Source: a virus (lineage: Duplodnaviria; Caudoviricetes). Taken from it: DNA of 64,000 nucleotides. Every line of letters starts with the position of its first letter. The stretch's first letter is position 1. Below the pieces are notes generated by a model. The model made no database searches. It saw nothing but the letters and a program-made list of their open reading frames with translations, and was not told the origin of the DNA. The stretch lies in IMG/VR virus record IMGVR_UViG_3300013713_000001, positions 64,001 to 128,000 of that record. The stretch is one strand, 5' to 3'. The translations under genes were made by a program, and so were the position numbers. Positions 46,564 through 56,121 of the stretch are shown piece by piece.

Positions 46564-46962
46564 TTATTTGAATCGCATGGAAAAGGTATGCTTAAAGCGC
46601 ATAGAATTTGCTGAACTAATAACGCTTACACGGTCAGGATACTGGATAAAACTGCCAATGTCCTCGGGCTGCAACCCCAATCCGGTCTTGCTGTTAAACC
46701 AGCGTGCAATCGTCTCTTTCGTGAGCAAGGCCGGTTTGTCCTTCCACTCACGGTCAAGGGTTAACGACGCGTAATCCGAATAGGGTTTAAGACTTACCCG
46801 TTCAAGGGTAAATTCCACCATTGGGAATCCAGGGCCATTCACCACGAACTGGAAGTCATTGTTACGGTCTCTACCACAGGGAGTTACTTCCAGCCGAGCA
46901 TCCAGACCGCCATTGTGCAGACGACAGAAATCTCGCCTTACCCACTCAAGTACCTTGCTCAT
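46564..46962 (-). CDS. hypothetical/structural protein
   Basis: Start MSKVLEW, AGGAG RBS. Confidence 0.6.
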   Translation of the reverse strand: MSKVLEWVRRDFCRLHNGGLDARLEVTPCGRDRNNDFQFVVNGPGFPMVEFTLERVSLKPYSDYASLTLDREWKDKPALLTKETIARWFNSKTGLGLQPEDIGSFIQYPDRVSVISSANSMRFKHTFSMRFK

Positions 46963-46964
46963 GG

Positions 46965-49184
46965 TTACTCCTGGGCTTTGGGCCAAACCAAACGACCAAT
47001 GTCATCGGCCGGGAGATCAATCATCGGTCCACGACCAGGCCAGACCAGACGACCATAATCGGTCGGCGGTACATCCGGGTTAGGGTCGGGCATGAGACGG
47101 ATATAGGAGGTGTCTTGGATGCGAACAGCATAGTGACCCAAATCAGGGTCAAGATCGACCGGGACAAGGTCTTCCTGAGTGATGATTGCGACGCAGGTAG
47201 TGGAATCGGCATTGGTGCTGAACTCTTCAGAAATAGCGATCGGGATAACAGTCTCGAGGGAGCAGTAGCTGTCGATAAAGCTCTGACCATTGAGACCAAC
47301 GTTTCGGTAGTCACCATCAGATGCATTGCCTGGACCCGTTAAGCGACTGTCGCCTACAAAGATCTCGTTTGGCAGTTCGGTGACGTCTTGACCGTCATCC
47401 ATTTCCCGCACGGTTTGAATCGTGTAGGAGGACAACTGCATCATGATGTCGATCAGTGCATTCTGACGGACCCGCAGCGAAGGGTTAGAACTGGTGTCCC
47501 ATCCTGTCGCGCGTTTAAAGATCTCCCACGCAAAGTACTGGGCTTCCTCGGGCGAGTGCTCGGCAAAGTCCAGCTCATAGCGGTCAATCAGGTCGTTGTA
47601 GGTCGTTGCAGTGGTCAAAGTAACAAACCCTGACTCGTACATCATCTCGGTCGTGTTTTTCACCCTGGCGCGTTTGTTGAGGTCGTAGAACTGACTGTAG
47701 ATCTTTGTGTGTTTCCACATGATCTCGTAGATTTCTTCCGACTGCTCCATAAGGAACTCAGGGGCAACAAAGGACTGCCGAGGGATCCACAACGAACGGA
47801 TGTCAAAGGCCATGTAACCTGGGATATACAACTTTCCACCGATCCGGATAAGCTGGTCAAGCGAAGGTGGAGTCGCCTTTAGGACGTGCTGGTAGTACGC
47901 CGGAGCGATGTAGGTCTGAGGCCGGCCACGGGCAATGTCCATCAGGTGACGCCAGAGGTAGTAGGCATCCCCTACTGCAAGCCGGATGTCCTTACCGCTC
48001 TTGGGATCACGGACAAGAATCTTGCCGTTGTAATACCCCTTACCTGCCAGGTAGATCCAGTTGTTAAAGGTCACCGACATCTTGGTGTGCAAGTGACGGT
48101 TCGTGTAGTCCATCATCTTTGACTCCAACACTTTTGTTGGAAGCTCGGAGTAGAGACTGTACGTACCCTTCCTCAACGCGTGGTCATGCCAGATAGCCGA
48201 CTGGACGTAGTTGTCTTTTGCCAGCGTTTGTTCCTTGAGGATCAACTGCTGGGTGTTGATGTAGTCCGGGGTCAACCCGTAGCTATCCTGGAGGTTCAGG
48301 TTCAGCTTACGGTACAGGGGTGTAGGGGTGAGGTCCTCCAGCTGCGTTTCGGTATTGTTTACCAGGTCGTAGCGGGCCAGTGGAATACTTGCCTTTGTTA
48401 GCAAGTTCTCCAGCATGAGCTCAAAGGTGTACTGTGCGCCCGGGTTGTTGTCAAGCCAAGCAATGTTGTTGTACAGCCACATTGTTTGTTCTTGGCTCAA
48501 ACTCTCCTTGTACTTAGAGAAGTCGCCGTAGGAGTCGATCCTTGCCCAGATGTAGAAGTCGTGAGCATGACGGGTCCCAATGGCCTCATGGCGCATTGTT
48601 GAAATGGCCATGATCACACCCTGGTAAAGGGTCATCACCCCAGTGACCGGCAACATGAGATTATCGGTATGGATATATTCGTGGTTAAACAGCTGCGGAA
48701 CAAACCCAGTGATGAAACGTTGCAGACCTGGTATTAACTGGTCCTCGTTCCACAGTACGAGCTTTTTGTTGTAGCTCAGGATTTTATAGTTCTCAGCCGT
48801 AAGGGTTGTCTCATACGGGATCGGTCTCAATATCCCTTTGATCAACTCAGCCTGCCCTGGATAGGTGTCGGCTAGGCGATTAAACCAATACCCACCTTTG
48901 GAGTATTCCCTGAGGGTGGCGATGTGAAACGCCAGGTTTTCCTTGTTGAAAATGATCGCCTCACCGGTATCGATAGAGTTGATCCACATTTCTTCATCAG
49001 TGGGGTGATAGTCCCCATTGAGGTTCATGTAATACCGCCAGGTCTTCCGATCCTCGAGGACTGGGAACCCGGCTGCTTCTAGGACACTGTTCTCCCTAAG
49101 GGCTACAGCCTCGATCTTGATGACCAAGGTCCGAGCCAGGCTAAGCGTGTCCCTTACGTATTCATCAAATTCAATATTTTCCAT
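46965..49184 (-). CDS. virion structural (baseplate) protein, phiKZ gp128-like
   Basis: TWRYYMNLNGDYHPTDE..INSIDT, LPTKVLES, QLSSYT motifs; divergent from putative portal. Confidence 0.65.
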   Translation of the reverse strand: MENIEFDEYVRDTLSLARTLVIKIEAVALRENSVLEAAGFPVLEDRKTWRYYMNLNGDYHPTDEEMWINSIDTGEAIIFNKENLAFHIATLREYSKGGYWFNRLADTYPGQAELIKGILRPIPYETTLTAENYKILSYNKKLVLWNEDQLIPGLQRFITGFVPQLFNHEYIHTDNLMLPVTGVMTLYQGVIMAISTMRHEAIGTRHAHDFYIWARIDSYGDFSKYKESLSQEQTMWLYNNIAWLDNNPGAQYTFELMLENLLTKASIPLARYDLVNNTETQLEDLTPTPLYRKLNLNLQDSYGLTPDYINTQQLILKEQTLAKDNYVQSAIWHDHALRKGTYSLYSELPTKVLESKMMDYTNRHLHTKMSVTFNNWIYLAGKGYYNGKILVRDPKSGKDIRLAVGDAYYLWRHLMDIARGRPQTYIAPAYYQHVLKATPPSLDQLIRIGGKLYIPGYMAFDIRSLWIPRQSFVAPEFLMEQSEEIYEIMWKHTKIYSQFYDLNKRARVKNTTEMMYESGFVTLTTATTYNDLIDRYELDFAEHSPEEAQYFAWEIFKRATGWDTSSNPSLRVRQNALIDIMMQLSSYTIQTVREMDDGQDVTELPNEIFVGDSRLTGPGNASDGDYRNVGLNGQSFIDSYCSLETVIPIAISEEFSTNADSTTCVAIITQEDLVPVDLDPDLGHYAVRIQDTSYIRLMPDPNPDVPPTDYGRLVWPGRGPMIDLPADDIGRLVWPKAQE

Positions 49185-49208
49185 AATTGGACTCGAAGGG
49201 GTTATGTC

Positions 49209-52200
49209 GTGAAACATTCAAGAGAGTTGACGATTGGCAATGGTAACATTGACATGTCCAAGGTGCGTTCTGACCTTAAGTCCGTAAACCCCGCATTGGC
49301 TTCTACCCTGGCACGGGCTGTTCCTAAAAACGCAAGAGCCCCTGAACGGGACGAACTGACTGGTAAAACAGACAAGGGCATCAGTCAGTTCAAACTGGAA
49401 AAGCTCAGCAGTATCATCAGCAACAACATTAACGCCGCGTCTGACCTGCGTGTGATTACGCCCTACATCGGTAAGGCTGAGACCATCTGGCAGACCATGC
49501 TGCTGTACCCCAACGGTCGTCAGCCAAAGATCTTGACGTATGAGACCCAGTCGTCTCCGTACAAGAACGCAAAGTTGCATAGTGAGCTCTTGTCCATCTG
49601 GGACAATTACTACACTAACGGCTATAAGATCGAGGGGGATTTGAAGAAAATCGTCAGCGATCTCCTCATTAATACCGGGAGTTACGCACTCTTTAACCTC
49701 AGTCGTCCTGGGCTGGACTACCTGATCAACGGTAGCCAGTTAAAGAACGCAGGGGTAGCAGGTGTCGAATCGTTTATTGCTCAGGCTCAGGAAGATTTTA
49801 ACCGGGAGTTTACCATCACCCCCGATAAAAGGGTCCTGATGAAGAACAAGGGTGCTTTCATTAAGAACCCACACCAGAAGTACCAATCGGTCTCTGGTAT
49901 TGAAAGTGTCTTTGGTAAAGGCCCTGACTACGCGGGGGATGAGTTCCGCTTGTTCAGTGATACAGAAGACCCTGAACACCTCATCAACATTACCTTTACG
50001 GATAACCCAGCCGCTCTCTTCTTGCAAAAGATCAGTGCAGGTCGCCGTGAAGACCGAGTCAAACAGGTTTCTGGGTTTGAGAGTCTTGACCTGTTGATCG
50101 ACGACTCGTTCAAGGACAATCCTGAAAAGGAAGAATCTACTCCTGGGAAAAAGAAAGACAAGCGCTCGCCAAAGGCCAATGCTAGTCCTCAGACAAAGAA
50201 CTTTACCGAGGAACAGATCCAGCAGGCTAGTGCGCAAATGTTCAGTAGCCGGAACATTGCCACTCAGTTCATCCAGTATGTTAAGCCTAACGGGGCTCTC
50301 GATACCGCTCCTTACGGTCGAGGCTTAACCTTCCACCTGCCAAGTGAGTGCTTGATCCCGATTCACTTCAACGGTGGTAACGGACGGACCGCGCCCGACT
50401 ACATCGCTTTGCTTGATACTGACGTAGGTAGCTTCCTGAAGAACACCAATGACTTTGAGTTCTATCAGTCGACCGGTGCTAACAAGGAAAACAACCAGAA
50501 CCGTCCAAAGAGCGGGACGATGAACAGCCTTATCCAAAACCTGCGTAAAGTTCAGGAGGGTAAGGAGTGTGACTTTGACATGCGTGAATTTGCTGAGGTC
50601 TCCAAGGCTAACTTGATCCGTGCATTCAGCGCGTCTATCTTGAGCGGTCAGGGCGACAACATCAGCATCGAGATCGACGAGGAGGTCAACAAGATCTTCC
50701 TCCAGCGCATGTTCCGCGGTCAAGGGGTGCGCTGCCTGTACATCCCGGGTGAAGCCATTACCTACATGGCCCTGAACTTTAACCGTATGGGGATTGGTCA
50801 GTCGCTCGTCAACATGGCAAAGGACCACATCACGCGTCTGGCAATGCTTGACCTGGCGGACACCTTGTCCAACCTGGAAAAGGCTACCCCGCACTCGATG
50901 ATGACCGTTCGTCTTAACGCGAATGCTCCAGAGCCTATGGCAGACATTGCTAACGCTCGGAACACGTTCTTTGAGGCTAACCCCACTGTCCACAACATGA
51001 TGATGCAGCAACAGCTGTCGATTCCTGACATGATCAGTGCCCTACGTGAGGCGTCGCTTACGGTTAAGGTCGATCCGGGTGAGAACCCGTTCTTCCCACA
51101 GCACGATGTTACCATTGATCACATGGACCGTAACAACTTCCCAAGTATCGATGCAGGAACTCGAGCGGAACTGTTGAACAAGATCGCCAGTTACCTACAG
51201 CTTCAAAAGAGCTGGTTGGACATTGCTGATGATCAGAACAACTTCCAGATCGAAGCACTGGCTGAGCACCAGATGCTCTTGAATCAGGTGGTAAGTTATC
51301 AGGCTGAGCTTGGTTCCTTTATTGCTGACTTCGAGCGCAAGCATGCCTACGTCAACGCACCGCTGCTGAAGGAGATGATTGCGAAGATCCGCGAGATGAA
51401 GAAGCTCTGGAAACCGGACAGTGGTGAAGAACTCGAGGGTACTGATGCCCAAAAGGTCAACATCATTCTTGCAGACTTTATCAGCAACATTGTTTGCAAG
51501 CTTCCTACGCCCACCAGTATTGAGACGACGTCGAAGATCAAAGACAGCCTTCAGGTGGTTAATGATCTGGTTACTAACTGGATGGACATGGCCGGCGGTA
51601 ACGGAACCCTGTTCCATGTTGGTAAACTCCTTGGCTTCATCAAGGGCGATGACTCCAATCCAGAAGAGGATGTTGATCCGAAAAGCCTGGCCAAGATCAA
51701 GGGTCAGATTAAGGCGGTATTCCTCAAGCAGGCCTACCTCAAGTACAATCTTCCAATGCCGTTTGATGACGTATTGGCGGGTGGTGAAGGTGGTGGTCTG
51801 GCATCGTTGGTGAATGATGTTGTTCAACAACACCAGAACACCGGTGAGTTCCTGGCAGCTATGATGATCGGTCTCAACCAGGCTGACGCAGAAGTCCTGA
51901 AGAAGCACTGGAAGAAGATCGAGAAAGCAACGGCTGACTTGGAGAACGCTAAGGAAAGGATTGAGGGTCAAGCAGAACCTGACCAGAGCCTGACGAATGA
52001 CGGCGAGACTCCATCTGACGACAACGCTACGCCGGATGAAGAGGATGAGCTGACTAACACGGATAGCAATCTGGAAGAAACTGACACCAACGAAGAAGAG
52101 GAGCCGGAGGAAGAAGAGGACACTCCAGAAACTGACGATGAGAACGCGGGTAAGGACGACAAGGGTGGTGATGACGGACTCGATCCCTCCAAGAACGATC

Positions 52201-52226
52201 CTAACTTCCAACCGTTCAAGCTTTAA
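49209..52226 (+). CDS. putative portal protein (phiKZ gp129-like)
   Basis: ~1000 aa; LPSECLIP.H, YIALLD..G, YMA.NFNRMGIGQSL motifs; acidic C-tail; synteny. Confidence 0.6.
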   Translation: MKHSRELTIGNGNIDMSKVRSDLKSVNPALASTLARAVPKNARAPERDELTGKTDKGISQFKLEKLSSIISNNINAASDLRVITPYIGKAETIWQTMLLYPNGRQPKILTYETQSSPYKNAKLHSELLSIWDNYYTNGYKIEGDLKKIVSDLLINTGSYALFNLSRPGLDYLINGSQLKNAGVAGVESFIAQAQEDFNREFTITPDKRVLMKNKGAFIKNPHQKYQSVSGIESVFGKGPDYAGDEFRLFSDTEDPEHLINITFTDNPAALFLQKISAGRREDRVKQVSGFESLDLLIDDSFKDNPEKEESTPGKKKDKRSPKANASPQTKNFTEEQIQQASAQMFSSRNIATQFIQYVKPNGALDTAPYGRGLTFHLPSECLIPIHFNGGNGRTAPDYIALLDTDVGSFLKNTNDFEFYQSTGANKENNQNRPKSGTMNSLIQNLRKVQEGKECDFDMREFAEVSKANLIRAFSASILSGQGDNISIEIDEEVNKIFLQRMFRGQGVRCLYIPGEAITYMALNFNRMGIGQSLVNMAKDHITRLAMLDLADTLSNLEKATPHSMMTVRLNANAPEPMADIANARNTFFEANPTVHNMMMQQQLSIPDMISALREASLTVKVDPGENPFFPQHDVTIDHMDRNNFPSIDAGTRAELLNKIASYLQLQKSWLDIADDQNNFQIEALAEHQMLLNQVVSYQAELGSFIADFERKHAYVNAPLLKEMIAKIREMKKLWKPDSGEELEGTDAQKVNIILADFISNIVCKLPTPTSIETTSKIKDSLQVVNDLVTNWMDMAGGNGTLFHVGKLLGFIKGDDSNPEEDVDPKSLAKIKGQIKAVFLKQAYLKYNLPMPFDDVLAGGEGGGLASLVNDVVQQHQNTGEFLAAMMIGLNQADAEVLKKHWKKIEKATADLENAKERIEGQAEPDQSLTNDGETPSDDNATPDEEDELTNTDSNLEETDTNEEEEPEEEEDTPETDDENAGKDDKGGDDGLDPSKNDPNFQPFKL

Positions 52227-52234
52227 CTAGAAGC

Positions 52235-52295
52235 AAAAAAAAACATAGTACCTACCTCCAGCCCTCAGGGCTGGAGGTAGGTACTATGCCTATGC
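52235..52295. terminator. 21-bp perfect hairpin between convergent genes
   Basis: CATAGTACCTACCTCCAGCCC-TCA-GGGCTGGAGGTAGGTACTATG; poly-T on the minus side, TATGC on the plus side. Confidence 0.85.
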
Positions 52296-52898
52296 TTATA
52301 CGAAACGCAGGTAGAAGAACGACGTCGGCAGGCCCTGGAGCATGCGCTGGAAGTTGATGGCTTTCAGGGTGGTGTCCACTTCAGGATCCGCGAAGACCAG
52401 TTCAGTTTCCTGGAGGTTTGCGTTCATGTAGATCGCACCACGGATGTAGCGGTCGAGAACGGTCTCTTGGAACTCGAAACCGACCAGGTGATCCGGGAAC
52501 ACGGTACCCTCTGGTGCACGGCGTTCGTTCAGCGCGGATTGTACCGCGGCCAGACCTTCGGCGATGTTCTCAGCCAGTACGTCCAGCGGGAAGGCGATCT
52601 CGAAGCTCGGGGTGGCGGACTCGAGGGTCCCTTCGATTGGCGCCGGAGCGAAGCGTTCTGCCAGAGCAGCGTCGACGTCCTGCCCCTGGAAGCTGGTACG
52701 GAGCCAGTCGATGACTTGTTCCACACCTTCGTTGAGGGTTTCAGGAACGGTCAAGGAGAGGGTTCCTTCACTGCCCTGGTCAGTCCCGACGTTGGATGCA
52801 CCACCATCGAGTTGTTCGATTTTTTCATCAGTGGCCTTGGGAGCCGCCTGGGTTTCGGTTGCTTGACGGTTACCGGTATTGCGATTGGATCGAGACAT
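52296..52898 (-). CDS. acidic hypothetical protein, probably highly expressed
   Basis: Start MSRSNR (GGAG RBS); strong codon bias; TATG upstream. Confidence 0.75.
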   Translation of the reverse strand: MSRSNRNTGNRQATETQAAPKATDEKIEQLDGGASNVGTDQGSEGTLSLTVPETLNEGVEQVIDWLRTSFQGQDVDAALAERFAPAPIEGTLESATPSFEIAFPLDVLAENIAEGLAAVQSALNERRAPEGTVFPDHLVGFEFQETVLDRYIRGAIYMNANLQETELVFADPEVDTTLKAINFQRMLQGLPTSFFYLRFV

Positions 52899-52953
52899 TG
52901 GAAACTCCATAGAGTTCAGGTTGGGGTAGTTTACATAGGATCTGGTCTACGTT

Positions 52954-53211
52954 TTATTTAATCAATCCCTTCAACTGCTCATCATCTGCATTGGGTAAAC
53001 ACCCAAAGCTTTCGAGTCGGTCCCACGCATATTGACCTAAGCGCAAGCGACGAATGACCTCTTCCATGAGATCGTTGCCGTGGGGGACCACAATGCCATT
53101 AAACTCCTCTGGGAAGTTCTCGAAGTTCATCAGCCGGCATTTGCCTAACAGCTTGATGATTTGCTCATCTTCGAGATGGCCGTAGTCTTTCTTTTCTTCG
53201 GGGATAGTCAT
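52954..53211 (-). CDS. hypothetical protein
   Basis: AGGA RBS; EEVIRRL shared with 54754..55404. Confidence 0.65.
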   Translation of the reverse strand: MTIPEEKKDYGHLEDEQIIKLLGKCRLMNFENFPEEFNGIVVPHGNDLMEEVIRRLRLGQYAWDRLESFGCLPNADDEQLKGLIK

Positions 53212-53234
53212 GAAGCAATCCTTAGTAATATGAC

Positions 53235-53272
53235 AAAAAAAAAATAAGAGAGGTGGGAAGACCTCTCTTATT
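53235..53272 (-). terminator. rho-independent terminator
   Basis: AATAAGAGAGGT/ACCTCTCTTATT plus poly-T. Confidence 0.8.
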
Positions 53273-53290
53273 GGTTAGCAGTTAACCCGA

Positions 53291-54253
53291 TCAGCCCCAG
53301 ACACCTCTGGTGTGCAGTAGGGTATGGGAACTGTAAGCTGTCGCCTGGTTATGGAACAGTTCCGGGTATTGCTCTCGCGAGACGAACCCTTCATTGTTAT
53401 CGGGGAGGTTGTCCGTGCAGATAATCAATTCTTCGTTCCCCCTAGGGAATACATGGACTTGAATTCGACTCATCGGATCAGCAGACGTGTAGCGCTGACC
53501 TATCATCCCGACACTGGCTTTCATCAGCCGCTTCTCCAAATCTTCCAAGTAGACCTGGAAGACTGCATTATGAGAGAGGTAGTTCTTGATCAAGACCACA
53601 TCCTCACTCGAGAGCTTTGGCGACAGTCTTACCGCCTCGAGAACTTCGGTTTCCAACACCTTGGCGACTTCACTGTTGAACGGAGGATTGCAGATACCTA
53701 TAGGGTACGTGATCACCAGTCGAGGAAGGCCTTTGGGAGGAGGCCCCAGGCGGTACATGGGGAAGTTTGGAAGCACCAGTTGCGAGAACGATACCTTGGC
53801 GGTTTCTCTCCCCAGTTGGTTACCGTACGGGTCAGTAGAGATCATTTTCAGAATCTCCCCCAGCTTGACCAATTCACCGAAGAGGCTTTGGCGGCGTTCT
53901 TCATCATTCGTCCATTTTTCAGTATCCCTGTGACGGTGATTCTCCAGGATCTGATCGACTTTAGACTTGTCCTCGTCCGTTTCGATAATGAAGTGATCGT
54001 TACGATCGGTGCGGCGAATTGTCGTGTAGAGGTGACCGTCACCTAGTAGATCAGGGGAGAGTTCATCCTTTCGGGCAAAGGCTCGTGCGGCTCGTTGCTG
54101 GAGGTCCCGGAGGATCATCACGGCTGCCGGGGTCAGTGAAGAAAAGGAGATGACCGACTCGAGCGAGTTGAGCAACTCCTCGTCAGTTGTTGGTTTGACC
54201 GGTACACCCATCATGTTTACGTTCGTGTCATTGCGGAAAGCGTTATGGTTCAT
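53291..54253 (-). CDS. hypothetical protein
   Basis: 320 aa, AGGA RBS. Confidence 0.8.
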   Translation of the reverse strand: MNHNAFRNDTNVNMMGVPVKPTTDEELLNSLESVISFSSLTPAAVMILRDLQQRAARAFARKDELSPDLLGDGHLYTTIRRTDRNDHFIIETDEDKSKVDQILENHRHRDTEKWTNDEERRQSLFGELVKLGEILKMISTDPYGNQLGRETAKVSFSQLVLPNFPMYRLGPPPKGLPRLVITYPIGICNPPFNSEVAKVLETEVLEAVRLSPKLSSEDVVLIKNYLSHNAVFQVYLEDLEKRLMKASVGMIGQRYTSADPMSRIQVHVFPRGNEELIICTDNLPDNNEGFVSREQYPELFHNQATAYSSHTLLHTRGVWG

Positions 54254-54295
54254 GGTATCGTCCTTCCAGAAGTCTTACAGTTATGGGGTAGGTAG

Positions 54296-54341
54296 TAAAA
54301 ATAAAAGGTTAGCCCAGGAGAGCCCGAAGGCCCTCCTAGGT
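54296..54341 (-). terminator. terminator with UUCG loop
   Basis: mRNA CCUAGGAGGGCC-UUCG-GGCUCUCCUGGG, then UUUUAUUUUU. Confidence 0.7.
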
Positions 54342-54348
54342 ATTGAGG

Positions 54349-54660
54349 TTATTCCTGAGGTTCTCTCAGGAGTGCGTCCACCAGACCGGTGGCCATGCCG
54401 CTGAAAGCCATGCCGCCAACGCCGGCCATTGCACCGTTGAGGATACGGGCAGTCGAGCCGAACTGATCAGTGATCCCGAAGACATCACCGATTGCGTACC
54501 CGATTGCACCACCCACAGCACCGCCCACCAGAGCACCGGCAACAGTGCTGCCTTGACGGTAGTTAGCCGCTGCAGTGAGAACGCCTGCAGCAGCACCAAC
54601 GTAGTGGGAGGTCTTCATAGCGGCGTCACGGTTACCACGAACAGTTTCAGTAGTCATCAT
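54349..54660 (-). CDS. glycine-zipper membrane protein
   Basis: GALVGGAVGGAIGYAIG, GAMAGVGG; GGAG RBS; homologous to the C-terminus of 16744..18009. Confidence 0.85.
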   Translation of the reverse strand: MMTTETVRGNRDAAMKTSHYVGAAAGVLTAAANYRQGSTVAGALVGGAVGGAIGYAIGDVFGITDQFGSTARILNGAMAGVGGMAFSGMATGLVDALLREPQE

Positions 54661-54714
54661 CTATACTCCAAAGGATACTTTAAAAAGGACAAAGGCAAAG
54701 ACTGCCACGTCTAT

Positions 54715-54757
54715 TATTCACCCTAAGAATATAGATCTGAACTAAACTGCAACTTAA
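54715..54757 (-). promoter_or_regulatory. extended early promoter block (36/43 identical to 18061-18103)
   Basis: TTAAGTTGCAGTTTAGTTCAGATCTATATTCTTAGGGTGAATA. Confidence 0.75.
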
Positions 54758-55404
54758 TTTTTATCCTCAGCCAAACGGGAAGGGTCAGTCAACTCGATCA
54801 TCGGTTCCCAACGCCAGAAGACATTGTTCTTGCTGGTGATCCCCGCAGCAGCACGAGGGGTCATCCAATAGATCCCCAAGATGTCATCCGCTTCTCCACC
54901 CTGCATGATAATGCTGCTAAGGTTGTAGACCTTCTTGAACTCGAGGATCAGTTCATCTGCTTCCGCACCAGACAAGCGCTGGGTCAACCGCTCCTTGATT
55001 GCCTTGAAGCGATTCTTAGGCAACACCTCTTTCAGGTTCAGATGGACCGAAGCACGCGCGTTGTCAAGATCCCTGTGAGTAAAGATGGAACCAAGGGATA
55101 CAGGAGAGTCTGGACCTGACCCAGGATGACTGACGGTACCGTACAGCCCAGGTTGTGGGTAAGGGGACTCCCTGTTAACTGGGGGCTGAAGGGGATGCTG
55201 GTAAGGCGCTCCGCTCGGGGAAGGGGCCATCAGTCTGCGAATGACCTCCTCGAACAGACCTGCCGCACTGTTGGACAAGTGGTTGTACCCAGCAAACTTC
55301 TGAATCTCTTCAGCCAGCTGGTAATTGGTCAGGCGAGGATAGCCCGAACCGGAATTGCTTGGGGTGGCAGCCGCAGTGTGAATATTGCGAAGTGCGCGTT
55401 CCAT
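54754..55404 (-). CDS. hypothetical protein with Pro-rich linker
   Basis: AGGAG RBS. Confidence 0.75.
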   Translation of the reverse strand: MERALRNIHTAAATPSNSGSGYPRLTNYQLAEEIQKFAGYNHLSNSAAGLFEEVIRRLMAPSPSGAPYQHPLQPPVNRESPYPQPGLYGTVSHPGSGPDSPVSLGSIFTHRDLDNARASVHLNLKEVLPKNRFKAIKERLTQRLSGAEADELILEFKKVYNLSSIIMQGGEADDILGIYWMTPRAAAGITSKNNVFWRWEPMIELTDPSRLAEDKN

Positions 55405-55461
55405 GGTGTTTCTCCTAGGTAGAAAAAGAGCAGGATGCTCAAGAACTATGGGGGGGGGTGT

Positions 55462-55487
55462 TACATCGGGGTGATATGGGGGTGAAA
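55462..55487 (-). promoter_or_regulatory. early promoter variant
   Basis: TTTCACCCCCATATCACCCCG. Confidence 0.5.
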
Positions 55488-55491
55488 CTAT

Positions 55492-56121
55492 TTAGAGCTT
55501 GGCGATTGCTTCCTGTTGTGCTTCCAGAGCGCCAACGAATGCACGACGGTAGACATCGGGGTAACGAGCATAGCCACCCTTTCCAAACTTCTCTTTGATG
55601 TGTTTGATCGACTCAGCGATGCGCTGGTCTTCGGTCTGGTTCGGGAAATGGAACTCCCGGTACTTGATCGCGCGGCGCAGGAGGATCTCGGGTGCACAAG
55701 GCATGCCACGGTCCGCTGCGTTGATGAGCGCAGAGAACTCAGTAGAGAACTCCTCCTCGTAGGAAGCACGGTGCTCCAGGCACGCCAGCGCCACCCGCTC
55801 ACGTTCCCACGGACGCTCGCCGAGGTACTCCACAATCAACGGATGATCTGTTGTGGAGATCCAGTGATGACTCAACTCATGGTGGTTATTGCGACTCCAT
55901 GCGAACAGGTCATGGAAGTAGGCAGCAAATAGGATCTCGACTTCATCGAACTGCATGTCCAGCTCGTTGTTGATAAAGAGCGCCGTTTGGTTGACCTCTT
56001 CGAAATGGTCTTCCCGATGGGCCAGGTCGTTCAGTTCATAGGCCTTGCCAAAAGCAGTAATGATGGATTGGCGTGCTACTGCGATATCTACGCTCATTTC
56101 AGGTTCCTTAGAGGTTGTCAA
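55492..56121 (-). CDS. HD-domain phosphohydrolase
   Basis: HREDH, YFHDLF, NHH, EHRAS, AADRG. Confidence 0.85.
   Translation of the reverse strand: MTTSKEPEMSVDIAVARQSIITAFGKAYELNDLAHREDHFEEVNQTALFINNELDMQFDEVEILFAAYFHDLFAWSRNNHHELSHHWISTTDHPLIVEYLGERPWERERVALACLEHRASYEEEFSTEFSALINAADRGMPCAPEILLRRAIKYREFHFPNQTEDQRIAESIKHIKEKFGKGGYARYPDVYRRAFVGALEAQQEAIAKL

Noticed and set aside
51960-52226. Highly acidic low-complexity stretch as a DNA repeat
   Set aside because: Simply the Asp/Glu-rich C-terminal tail of the putative portal; no nucleotide periodicity.
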